NCBI GenBank assembly: GCA_945878925.1
Contig: CAMDXE010000002.1
Location: 1-54,646, forward strand
Length of the DNA stretch: 54,646 bases
Direction: 5' to 3'
Source: Chitinophaga pinensis
Lineage (GTDB): Bacteria > Bacteroidota > Bacteroidia > NS11-12g > UBA9320
The notes beneath the pieces are model-generated. The model worked only from the letters and a program-made list of their open reading frames with translations. It searched no databases and had not been told where the DNA came from. Shown here one piece after another: positions 28,993-37,661 of this stretch. Every line of letters begins with the position of its first letter. Position 1 is the first letter of the stretch. The position numbers and the translations under genes are program-made.

Positions 28993-30702
28993 GTGAAGTA
29001 TTTGCCCCTTTTGTTGTGTTTATGTGTGTTGAGTTGCAAAGTGCAAAAACGCAGCTCCGACAATGGGGATGAAGCGAATTATTCGGCTCAACAAAAATTT
29101 AATCAGCATTATTACGAGGGGGCAAAATTAAAAGCAATAGGCGACTATGAAGCGGCCATCAAAGAATTTCAACTGGCCTTGAAATTAAATGCGCAAAGTC
29201 ATACTGTTATGTATCAATTGGCCAATAGTTATTTTAAGGCCAAAAAAATAGAAGAGTCACTCCCTTGGGCTGAATTGGCCGTTAAAAAAAATACATCGTA
29301 TAATTTTTGGTATTCCGGCCAATTGGCGCAATTATATAGTTTAAGTAAACAATACGATAAATCATCGGCCGTATTTGCAAGCATGGTAGAAAAAGAACCG
29401 AAGCGCAAAAGCAATTATGAAGAAGCAGGCAATCAATATTTAAATGCCAAAAAAACGAAGGAAGCGCTAACTTATTTTGAAAAATATGTTTCAAAATTTG
29501 GACCCGATGAAAAAATTTGCCGCAAGTTGGAGAAATTGTATTTTGATATTGGAAAGCCCGATGAGGCCATTCGAATACAGCGGTTATTAGCCGAAACCTA
29601 TCCATCCGAGTTGAAATATTTAGGCCTATTGGCCGAAAGTTATTTAAAAATAAATAAGATCAACGAGGCCAAGGCGGCGTACTTAAAAATTTTGGCGAGT
29701 GATGAATTTAATGGATTTGCAAGCTTTGGTATGTCGGAAATATTAAGGCGTGAAGGGAAAAATACAGAATCGTTTGCCCACTTAATTAAAGGATTTGCCG
29801 ATAAAAAGGTAGCCATACACCCTAAGCTAAAAGTAATGGCTTCGTATTACGGGTTAATAGCCAAAGACGAAACAAGCAAATTGCAAGCCATCGAATTGAG
29901 CAAAAAACTAATCGAAACTCATCCCGACGACGCCTTGGGCTATCAGGTATATGGCGATATTTTATTTGCATTACAAAACTATGAACAGAGCCGAGAATTA
30001 TTAAAACGCAGTTTGGCCATTGATGGCAAAGATTATCGCATTTGGCAAAAGCTTTTTGGTTTAGATATAAAATTAGCCAATAACGAGTTTTTGTATAACG
30101 ATAGCGAAGCGGCGCTTGAATTGTTTACCTCGCAACCGGGCTTATATATAATACACAGTGGAGCGGCTATGCGCATGGAGTATTATGATAAAGCCATAGC
30201 AAAAGCAGAGATGGGATTGGATGTTTCGTTTAAATCGGACGAAAAAATTCAGTTATTTTTGACCTTAGCAGAGGCTTGGTTTGAAAAAGAAAATTTTGAA
30301 AAAACAGAGCTCTATTATAAAAAAGCACTTGAACAGGATCAGCAAAATCCTTTAGTCCTCAATAATTATGCCTTCAATTTGTTTAAACGAAACGTGCGTT
30401 TGGCCGAGGCCGAAACCATGATTTTAAAAGCGATAAGTATTGATCCCCAAAACGGATCATTTGCCGATACCTATGGATGTATACTCATGGCTTCGGGCAA
30501 ACTTACTGAGGCCGAAATATGGATCAAAAAAGCCATAGACAAGGATGGCGCAAATGAGGAAGTATTGGAGCATTTGGGCGATCTTTATGTGATAAAAGGA
30601 AACGCTAACTTGGCGCTTCAAGCCTACAAAAAGGCCTTAGAAATAAAACCAAATTCGAAATCGATTCAACAAAAAGTAGAGAAACTAATAACCATTAAAT
30701 GA
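28993..30702 (+). CDS. TPR-repeat lipoprotein
   Basis: GTG start with a lipoprotein signal (VKYLPLLLCLCVLSC). Multiple TPR-like repeats follow (YYEGAKLKAIGDYEAAIKEFQLALKLN..., GDLYVIKGNANLALQAYKKALEIKPN). The stop overlaps the next start (ATGA). Confidence 0.8.
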   Translation: MKYLPLLLCLCVLSCKVQKRSSDNGDEANYSAQQKFNQHYYEGAKLKAIGDYEAAIKEFQLALKLNAQSHTVMYQLANSYFKAKKIEESLPWAELAVKKNTSYNFWYSGQLAQLYSLSKQYDKSSAVFASMVEKEPKRKSNYEEAGNQYLNAKKTKEALTYFEKYVSKFGPDEKICRKLEKLYFDIGKPDEAIRIQRLLAETYPSELKYLGLLAESYLKINKINEAKAAYLKILASDEFNGFASFGMSEILRREGKNTESFAHLIKGFADKKVAIHPKLKVMASYYGLIAKDETSKLQAIELSKKLIETHPDDALGYQVYGDILFALQNYEQSRELLKRSLAIDGKDYRIWQKLFGLDIKLANNEFLYNDSEAALELFTSQPGLYIIHSGAAMRMEYYDKAIAKAEMGLDVSFKSDEKIQLFLTLAEAWFEKENFEKTELYYKKALEQDQQNPLVLNNYAFNLFKRNVRLAEAETMILKAISIDPQNGSFADTYGCILMASGKLTEAEIWIKKAIDKDGANEEVLEHLGDLYVIKGNANLALQAYKKALEIKPNSKSIQQKVEKLITIK

Positions 30703-31457
30703 ATAAAATAGGAAGTTTTGCTTTGTTAATTCTCATATTATTTAATGCATGTAATGTTCAGAAACGTCAGGCAAGGCGTTTGGTAAAAAAAACATACGAC
30801 GAAAGACCGATTTTACCTGAAATAAAAGAAGTTTTAAATTCTGTTTTTGAGTTGGATTACCTCAGTTATAAATCGAAATGCGATTATAAGGATGCGAATA
30901 ATTCACAATCCTTTACCATGAATTTGCGCATGAAACGCGATAGCCTTGTGTGGATTTCGGTAACCGCCTTAGGGTTTGAAGTGGCGAGAGTTTTGCTCAA
31001 CGCCGATTCTGTAAAGATTATATCACGCCTGCAAAAAAAATACTATTGTTATGGATACGATTATATTAAAAAATTGAGCGGCACTGCTTTGACGTTAGCA
31101 CAAATACAAAATTTGCTAACAGCCAATTTATTATTTTTACCCGAGAAATACGTCAATACCGACCAACCTTTGAAATTTAAAGCCACCGATGGGTATATCG
31201 AATCGACCATAAAATTGGATGACCAATCGAAGATTATGGAGCTTGTTTTACAACATTTGGTTGAGCAAGCCAGTGCCGAAGTCATCTATTCGAACTATAA
31301 AAAAATTGATAAACAGCATTTTCCAAATAAGGTAGATATATCCATTGTTACCCCCAAGCAACAAATTAGTTTACTGATGGACAATAGCAGTATAAGTACC
31401 GAAAACATTGATGCATTTCCATTCGAAATATCCGAAAAATATGATAAAGGCAATTAA
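30699..31457 (+). CDS. DUF4292-like lipoprotein
   Basis: 252 aa with a lipoprotein signal (FALLILILFNAC). Its position between a TPR lipoprotein and an M23/EnvC-like protein matches the conserved Bacteroidota arrangement for DUF4292. The family call rests on context and memory rather than a diagnostic motif. Confidence 0.55.
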   Translation: MNKIGSFALLILILFNACNVQKRQARRLVKKTYDERPILPEIKEVLNSVFELDYLSYKSKCDYKDANNSQSFTMNLRMKRDSLVWISVTALGFEVARVLLNADSVKIISRLQKKYYCYGYDYIKKLSGTALTLAQIQNLLTANLLFLPEKYVNTDQPLKFKATDGYIESTIKLDDQSKIMELVLQHLVEQASAEVIYSNYKKIDKQHFPNKVDISIVTPKQQISLLMDNSSISTENIDAFPFEISEKYDKGN

Positions 31458-32712
31458 ATATCTCCTATTTTTTAGCCTTTCTGTTCTGTTAATGCCAGCC
31501 ATAAATGGCCAAAGCAGAAAGGAGTTGGAAAAATTGCGCACTAAAAAGGAAAAGGAAATAGCCATTACAAAACACAAACTGATAGAAACTAAAAAGAAAA
31601 AAGAGAAGTCGGAGGAAGTGTTGACCACCCTTCGCCATCAAATATCTCAAAAACGCGAATTAGCCGGAGTGTATACTGCAGAGGTTGATAAAATTGACAT
31701 CGAAATTGTACGGCTCAACGAGGACGTAACGGCGCTTAATTTCGAAATTAATAAATTAAAAAAGGAATTTGCAGGCCTAGTCCTTCAAGGCTACAAATCG
31801 CGTTCGGCGGCTTCAAAAATAAATTTTCTATTCTCGGCCAATACATTTCCTCAAACCATTCGTCGGTTTATTTATCTTAAAAAGTTGCTCGATTTTCGAA
31901 AAAAACAACTTGGACTTATTAAAGTTAAAAAGTACGAGAAGGCCATAAACCTGGCGGAGATGGAACAAATAAAGGCTGAAAAATTGGGTATCGTTCGGTC
32001 GAACGAAAAAATTCAGATTGAATTGGAAGAAGATGAAGTATCGGCCGAAGTATTAATAAACGAATTGCAAATAAAGGAATCGAGTTTGGCCATCGACCTG
32101 CGCAAAAAAGAAAAAGCCTACCGTGAGTTGGATGCAGCTTTAAAAAGAGCCATCGAACGTGAAATAGACTTAGCTCGCAAACGCGCCGAACAGGAAAGGA
32201 TTAAAGAAATAGCCCGTTTAAAAGAAAGAAATAAAAATAAGCCTCCTACAAAAGGACAAAATAATACTGCCGAAGCCGAATATATAGCGCCCTCCGATAT
32301 TTCTACATTCGGCAAAATGAAAAGTCGATTGCCATGGCCGGTTCAAGGCGGCATTATTGCCCAAGGGTTTGGGAGCCATCGTCATCCCACTTTGCCCGAT
32401 GTTACGGTTATTAATAATGGGGTAAATATTGCGGGAAATTCTGGCATCACGGTTAAATGTGTTTACGAAGGAGAGGTGTCAACCATCCTTAAAATACCCG
32501 GTATGATGAATACCCTTTTGGTCAAACATGGCGATTTTTTTACGGTTTATTCCAAGCTGGAAACCGTGAGTGTTCAAAAAGGTGATAAATTAAAAACTGG
32601 CCAAAGCATAGGTACTTTAGGTACCGATAGCGATGGCAAAACCGAATTGCACTTCGAAGTTTGGCAAGGCAACCAAAGGATGGATCCTCAGAAATGGTTG
32701 TATGTAAAATAG
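31441..32712 (+). CDS. coiled-coil + degenerate LytM (M23) domain protein, EnvC-like murein hydrolase activator
   Basis: The start is taken at ATG 31441 (MIKAIKYLLFFSLSVLL), overlapping the upstream stop by 17 nt. A long coiled-coil region leads to a C-terminal LytM domain (WPVQGGIIAQGFG...ELHFEVW). The metal and catalytic residues appear substituted: NNGVN for HxGxD, YSKL for YxHL, and ELHFE for HLHFE. Confidence 0.8.
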   Translation: MIKAIKYLLFFSLSVLLMPAINGQSRKELEKLRTKKEKEIAITKHKLIETKKKKEKSEEVLTTLRHQISQKRELAGVYTAEVDKIDIEIVRLNEDVTALNFEINKLKKEFAGLVLQGYKSRSAASKINFLFSANTFPQTIRRFIYLKKLLDFRKKQLGLIKVKKYEKAINLAEMEQIKAEKLGIVRSNEKIQIELEEDEVSAEVLINELQIKESSLAIDLRKKEKAYRELDAALKRAIEREIDLARKRAEQERIKEIARLKERNKNKPPTKGQNNTAEAEYIAPSDISTFGKMKSRLPWPVQGGIIAQGFGSHRHPTLPDVTVINNGVNIAGNSGITVKCVYEGEVSTILKIPGMMNTLLVKHGDFFTVYSKLETVSVQKGDKLKTGQSIGTLGTDSDGKTELHFEVWQGNQRMDPQKWLYVK

Positions 32713-32734
32713 AGGATAATATCAATATCTTAAA

Positions 32735-32959
32735 TTATCTCAACAGGGTAACCGTTCCCTTTTGGTATTTTATGTTTCCGGTTTTTTTACCTTTCCTTTT
32801 TATCATATCAAAATAATCAGACTGTTGGCAAGGTGATTTTTTATAAGTACCGTCCCAGCGGTCAAAAATAATAATTTCAACATTGTCAATGTTTGAACCT
32901 GTTACCCTAAACACATTTTTATTCTTGTCTCAATTTGGCGAAAAAGCATTTGGAATATA
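32735..32959 (-). pseudogene. decayed T9SS type-B C-terminal sorting domain fragment (orphan CTD remnant)
   Basis: The minus-strand translation is YIPNAFSPN*DKNKNVFRVTGSNIDNVEIIIFDRWDGTYKKSPCQQSDYFDMIKRKGKKTGNIKYQKGTVTLLR*. An in-frame TGA (32930-32932) sits where the family has Gly (PNGDG). RW-DGTY looks like an internal deletion between the NRWG and WDG motifs. The frame closes ~80 nt upstream (stop near 33041), so there is no cargo body. Confidence 0.7.
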
Positions 32960-33096
32960 ATAAGTCATTGTGTCGCAGTCGAATGGATTATTAGGGTTTT
33001 CATTAAGCCATAACAAACTTAAATATAAGTAATTAAATAATTAAAAAAACTTGCTTTTTGAAATTTGAGGTTTCAAATTGCGGTCCCAAAAACCTT

Positions 33097-33612
33097 ATGA
33101 ACTTGCAAACCATTCACAATAGAATTTATGAAATAAGGGGTGAAAAGATTATGCTTGATTTCGACCTTGCTGAACTTTATGACGTTGAAAACAGGGTATT
33201 AAAACAGGCTGTTAAAAGAAATATTGACAGTTTTCCATATGATTTTATGTTTGAGCTTACAGAAATAGAAATTGATCAGATGGTATCACAAAATGTGATA
33301 CCATCAAAAAGTTATTTCGGTGGTGCTTTACCATTTGCTTTTACTGAACAAGGAGTAGCAATGCTTGCCAGTGTATTAAAAAGTAAGAAAGCAGTACACA
33401 TTAAAATTTCGATTATGAGAGCCTTTGTTTTTATGAGACGATATGCAATGTCTCACAAAGACCTAACTCAAAAATTAAATGAACTGGAAATTAAATATGA
33501 TCAACAATTTACGGATGTTTACAAAGCGTTAAATTTTTTGATTCAAAAAGATAATAAGCTAACTGAGCAACAGGAGCGAAAAAGAATTGGATTTAAAAGA
33601 AAGGACGAATAA
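33097..33612 (+). CDS. ORF6N-domain (KilA-N-related DNA-binding) protein
   Basis: The start is taken at ATG 33097. The motifs IYEIRGEKIMLDFDLAELYDVENRVLKQAVKRNIDSFPYDFMFELT and LPFAFTEQGVAMLASVLKSKKAV..IMRAFVFMR are typical of the ORF6N domain. The C-terminus is coiled-coil and basic. Confidence 0.85.
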   Translation: MNLQTIHNRIYEIRGEKIMLDFDLAELYDVENRVLKQAVKRNIDSFPYDFMFELTEIEIDQMVSQNVIPSKSYFGGALPFAFTEQGVAMLASVLKSKKAVHIKISIMRAFVFMRRYAMSHKDLTQKLNELEIKYDQQFTDVYKALNFLIQKDNKLTEQQERKRIGFKRKDE

Positions 33613-33718
33613 TCTACTTACTAAAACATGTTATTACAAATTGTGATGACATGTTCAAAATGCCTATCGTTCTTCTGTTTCATACTTCCCCCCATCCTTC
33701 TTATCTTCGCATTCTTTT

Positions 33719-35746
33719 ATGCCTTTTAAAATAGTATCTGATTTTGAGCCCACCGGCGACCAGCCCAATGCCATAAAGCAGTTGGTTGAGGGTATTAATG
33801 CGGGCGAACAAAATCAAACGCTATTGGGTGTAACTGGTTCGGGCAAAACCTTTACCATCGCAAATGTGATACAACAGGTTCAAAAACCGACCCTGATTGT
33901 TAGCCATAATAAAACCTTGGTGGCTCAACTTTATAGCGAGTTTAAGAATTTTTTTCCCGAAAATTCTGTTCAGTTTTTTGTTTCGTATTACGATTATTAT
34001 CAGCCTGAGGCCTATTTACCAACGTCGAACACGTATATCGAAAAGGACTTAAACATTAATGAAGAAATTGAAAAACTAAGGCTAAAAACAACATCAGCTC
34101 TCTTGTCGGGTCGTCGAGATATTATTGTGGTAGCATCGGTTTCTTGTATTTACGGCGCAGGTAATCCATACGATTACGAAAAAAGCATTATTCGAATAGC
34201 CTTAGGGCAAAAATTGGCGCGCAATGTTTTTTTGTATTCCTTGGTTGAAAGCCTTTATAGCAGAACTACAATGGAATTTAAGCGCGGTACGTTTAGGGTA
34301 AATGGCGACAATGTCGATATATTTTTGGCCTATGAAGATTACGCTTTTAGAGTAACTTTTTTTGGAAATGAAATTGAAGAATTGCGTTCATTTGATCCGG
34401 CAACTGGCAAAACCATTGATATTATGGAAGATATGGCCATTTATCCGGCCAATATATATGTAACCAATCGCGAAAGTATGCAAGCCGCCATCAGGCAAAT
34501 ACAAGATGATTTGGTAAAACAAGTGGACTATTTTAAATCGCTTGGCAAACATCTTGAAGCCAAACGACTGGATGAACGCACCAACTTCGATTTGGAAATG
34601 ATTAGGGAATTGGGTTATTGCAGTGGCATCGAAAATTATAGCAGGTATATGGATCAACGCGAAATAGGGCAGCGCCCGTTTTGCTTATTAGACTATTTTC
34701 CAAAAGATTTTTTAATGGTTATCGACGAAAGTCACGTAACCCTTCCACAAGTTAGAGGGATGTATGGAGGCGACCGAAGCCGCAAACAAAACTTGGTTGA
34801 ATATGGTTTTAGATTGCCTGCTGCTATGGACAATAGGCCCTTGAAATTTGATGAATTTGAAACCATGAAAAGTCAGGTTATTTATGTAAGCGCTACCCCT
34901 GCCGACTACGAAATACAACAAAGTGATGGAATAATAGTAGAGCAAGTGATTCGCCCAACCGGACTCTTAGATCCCGAAATTGAAATTCGTCCATGCTCAA
35001 ATCAAGTGGATGATTTATTGGATGAAATTGATTTAAGAATTAAAATGGGCGATAGGATATTGGTTACCACCTTAACCAAACGCATGGCCGAGGAGTTGGA
35101 TAAATATTTAAGAAACTTGGGCATCAGTGCTACTTATATTCACAGTGAAGTAAAAACCTTGGATAGGGTAGAAATATTAAAAAATTTAAGACTGGGAAAT
35201 ATCGATGTTTTGGTAGGCGTCAATTTGCTGCGCGAAGGTCTAGATTTACCAGAGGTTTCATTAGTGGCTATTTTAGATGCCGACAAGGAGGGCTTTTTGC
35301 GAAGCCAACGCAGTTTGACTCAAACAATTGGCAGAGCTGCGCGAAATGTTAGGGGCAAAGTAATAATGTATGCCAACAAAATGACCGATAGCATGCGTAA
35401 AACCATAGATGAAACCGAACGCAGACGCGCCAAACAAATAGCCTACAATGCAAAACACGGCATTACGCCACAAACCATTGTAAAAAGTATAGAGGATTTA
35501 ATAGAACGAGACGATGCGCCACAAATAGGTTTGAAAAATAAAATTGCCAATACCAATAATCCCAACATTGGTATTGCGGCCGATCCAGTGGTTAATTATT
35601 TAAGCAAACCCGAATTAGAAAAATTGCTAAATGCCACCAAAAATCAAATGACAAAAGCGGCCAAAAGTCTGGACTTTATAGAGGCAGCCCGCTTAAGAGA
35701 TGATATGCTTGAGCTAGAAAAAATGGTAGCACGTAAGGTGGATTGA
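33719..35746 (+). CDS. uvrB: excinuclease ABC subunit B
   Basis: 675 aa with the motifs FEPTGDQPNAI, the Walker A GVTGSGKTFT, YYDYYQPEAY, DESHVT, LREGLDLPEVSLVAILDADKEGFLRS and the C-terminal UVR motif (EAARLRDDM). Confidence 0.97.
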   Translation: MPFKIVSDFEPTGDQPNAIKQLVEGINAGEQNQTLLGVTGSGKTFTIANVIQQVQKPTLIVSHNKTLVAQLYSEFKNFFPENSVQFFVSYYDYYQPEAYLPTSNTYIEKDLNINEEIEKLRLKTTSALLSGRRDIIVVASVSCIYGAGNPYDYEKSIIRIALGQKLARNVFLYSLVESLYSRTTMEFKRGTFRVNGDNVDIFLAYEDYAFRVTFFGNEIEELRSFDPATGKTIDIMEDMAIYPANIYVTNRESMQAAIRQIQDDLVKQVDYFKSLGKHLEAKRLDERTNFDLEMIRELGYCSGIENYSRYMDQREIGQRPFCLLDYFPKDFLMVIDESHVTLPQVRGMYGGDRSRKQNLVEYGFRLPAAMDNRPLKFDEFETMKSQVIYVSATPADYEIQQSDGIIVEQVIRPTGLLDPEIEIRPCSNQVDDLLDEIDLRIKMGDRILVTTLTKRMAEELDKYLRNLGISATYIHSEVKTLDRVEILKNLRLGNIDVLVGVNLLREGLDLPEVSLVAILDADKEGFLRSQRSLTQTIGRAARNVRGKVIMYANKMTDSMRKTIDETERRRAKQIAYNAKHGITPQTIVKSIEDLIERDDAPQIGLKNKIANTNNPNIGIAADPVVNYLSKPELEKLLNATKNQMTKAAKSLDFIEAARLRDDMLELEKMVARKVD

Positions 35747-35837
35747 CCGCCAAATAAACCGTAAAAAAACAAGCATCGCACTGCTTTACACGCAATAATT
35801 TTTAAGCCATTTAGGCATAAAGCTAGGCTTTTTCTTT

Positions 35838-35845
35838 TAAATTTG
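35838..35845 (+). promoter_or_regulatory. putative -7 box (TAAATTTG) for the beta-barrel gene
   Basis: It matches TAnnTTTG, 7 nt upstream of the ATG at 35853, which implies a very short leader. Confidence 0.3.
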
Positions 35846-35852
35846 CGATTCG

Positions 35853-37496
35853 ATGAAACAACTGACCCTTGCATTAACATTATGTATCGTAGCATTTTTT
35901 GCTAAAGCACAAAAGGATAAGGGGGTGCTTTCGGGAAATTTTCAAGGCGTATTTAATGGGTTTGTAGTAGATTCGGCCTTAGGCGTTACCGAAAAAACAG
36001 CCCCTCAATACGGAACGCAAAAATCGAGCAGTGAAGCCTTTTTATTTGCAAATTATGCTCAATCGGGTTATTCAGTTTCGGCTAGATTCGACTTATTTAA
36101 CAACTCAAATTTATTAAATCCTACGGGGTCATATTCAGGACAGGGTTTAGGTTTTTGGCAATTTTCGAAAGAAATTGACAAACTTAAAATAACGGCAGGC
36201 TATTTTTACGAACAATTTGGCTCGGGATTAATTTTTAGAGCCTATGAAGATAGGCTGATTGGAATAGATTATGCAGTTCAAGGGATAAATGTAAGGTATA
36301 ATTTTACTGATAATTTTACAGTAAAAGCCTTTACAGGAAGGCAAAAAGGTTTTCAGGATAATCGATTTGGGGTGGCCAATCAAGTGGTTAAAGGCGTAAA
36401 TTTAGAAGGCAGCCGAATCATTGGCAAAGCCACCTTCGACGGAGGAAGTTCATTAGTTAATCGCACCCTCGACGATGACGCCATGACTAGCATTGCTGCC
36501 GAAATTAATACTTTACATATTGATAAACGCTTCTACCCAAAATATAATGTTTATGCTTTTAACGGGTATTTTACTATGGGTATAAAAGACTTTACCTATT
36601 CGGTAGAGGTGCTTGGTAAAACAAAGGAGGCAGCCAGAAATCAAATTAACGGTGAGCTTGAGCATAAGGCGGGTAAATTGATGAATGTAAATGCGGGCTA
36701 TGCAAAAGCCAAGTTAGGCAAAAAACACAAGAGCGGCATTGGCATCAACCTGCAATACCGATATATTGATAATTATAATTTGACCTTATCGCCAAATGTT
36801 ACGCCCCTGGAGGGTATTGTTGGATTTGTTCCTTCGCTTACCCAGCAAAGTACTTATCGGCTGTTGGCGCGATATACGGCACAAGCCATTACCAATGGCG
36901 AAAAGGCCATTCAAGCCGATTTTAATTTTGCTTTAAATAAAGAAAATGCGGTGAATGCCAATTTTGCTAATATCCAACAATTGGATGGATCGCCATTATA
37001 CCAAGAATATTATTTGGAATACAGCCGAAAGCTAAACAAAAAGCTTAAAGTTAAGGCAGGTTTACAATCTATTTTTTATAATCAAGCCATTTATCAAGGC
37101 AAACCAGGGCACGATAATGTGAAAACCATTACTCCATTTGTGGATATAAACGTAAAATTGAATAAGAAAACGTCCATACGAATGGAAGCCCAGTATATGG
37201 AAACCGATCAAGATTATGGAAGTTTTGCAAATGCAATACTTGAGCTAAATTATTCGCCCCATTATTCATTTGCAATATCCGATATGGTTAATACCAAACC
37301 TCATCGCTATGCCGACAATGCTGCTCCCGATAAGGTGCTTCATTATTATTCTGTTTTCGGCAAGTATAGTATTAATGCCACGGCGTTTACATTGGCGTAT
37401 ATTAAGCAAGTAGAGGGGGTTAATTGTTCGGGTGGCGTATGCCGATTAGAGCCAGCTTTTAGCGGAATACGATTTACATTAACCACCAATTTCTAA
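35853..37496 (+). CDS. uncharacterised outer-membrane beta-barrel protein (resembles the DUF6029 family from memory)
   Basis: 547 aa with the signal peptide MKQLTLALTLCIVAFFAKAQ. Alternating hydrophobic/polar strand-like segments are rich in Y/F/G/N throughout. The sequence includes the motif FYEQFGSGLIFRAYEDRLIGIDY. The C-terminus CSGGVCRLEPAFSGIRFTLTTNF ends in an aromatic residue, as in BAM substrates. The DUF6029 name is unverified. Confidence 0.55.
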   Translation: MKQLTLALTLCIVAFFAKAQKDKGVLSGNFQGVFNGFVVDSALGVTEKTAPQYGTQKSSSEAFLFANYAQSGYSVSARFDLFNNSNLLNPTGSYSGQGLGFWQFSKEIDKLKITAGYFYEQFGSGLIFRAYEDRLIGIDYAVQGINVRYNFTDNFTVKAFTGRQKGFQDNRFGVANQVVKGVNLEGSRIIGKATFDGGSSLVNRTLDDDAMTSIAAEINTLHIDKRFYPKYNVYAFNGYFTMGIKDFTYSVEVLGKTKEAARNQINGELEHKAGKLMNVNAGYAKAKLGKKHKSGIGINLQYRYIDNYNLTLSPNVTPLEGIVGFVPSLTQQSTYRLLARYTAQAITNGEKAIQADFNFALNKENAVNANFANIQQLDGSPLYQEYYLEYSRKLNKKLKVKAGLQSIFYNQAIYQGKPGHDNVKTITPFVDINVKLNKKTSIRMEAQYMETDQDYGSFANAILELNYSPHYSFAISDMVNTKPHRYADNAAPDKVLHYYSVFGKYSINATAFTLAYIKQVEGVNCSGGVCRLEPAFSGIRFTLTTNF

Positions 37497-37630
37497 AACC
37501 TTTCGATTTAATAGCGTATTGGTTTTGCTGAATCAATAGCCTTAACTGTTTTCAAAATCGAATGATTGATGGGTCGTTTACTTAAGAGAGTCCTTTAAAT
37601 AATTCAAAACCATACTCACTTTAAATAACT

Positions 37631-37638
37631 TACCTTTG
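37631..37638 (+). promoter_or_regulatory. putative -7 box (TACCTTTG) for the 2787-aa gene
   Basis: It matches TAnnTTTG, 23 nt upstream of the TTG start at 37662. Confidence 0.3.
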
Positions 37639-37661
37639 TTCGTACCTGATTTGGCAATTTT

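Noticed and set aside
32930-32932. The in-frame TGA in the CTD remnant falls exactly where the family has Gly, which could suggest TGA=Gly recoding (genetic code 25) and an intact small gene.
   Set aside because: TGA clearly functions as a stop elsewhere in the window, for example the TPR gene stop at 30700-30702 (ATGA overlap with the next gene) and the uvrB stop at 35744-35746. The remnant also has an internal deletion and no upstream cargo body. A GGA-to-TGA nonsense mutation in a pseudogene is the simpler reading.
35853-37496. I considered calling the beta-barrel ORF a PorP/SprF-family T9SS protein because of its position next to a type-B cargo.
   Set aside because: At 547 aa it is far longer than PorP/SprF proteins (~300-350 aa), and I do not recognise the PorP/SprF-type N-terminal motifs. 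I kept it as an uncharacterised barrel (DUF6029-like) and raised the partner idea only as a hypothesis.
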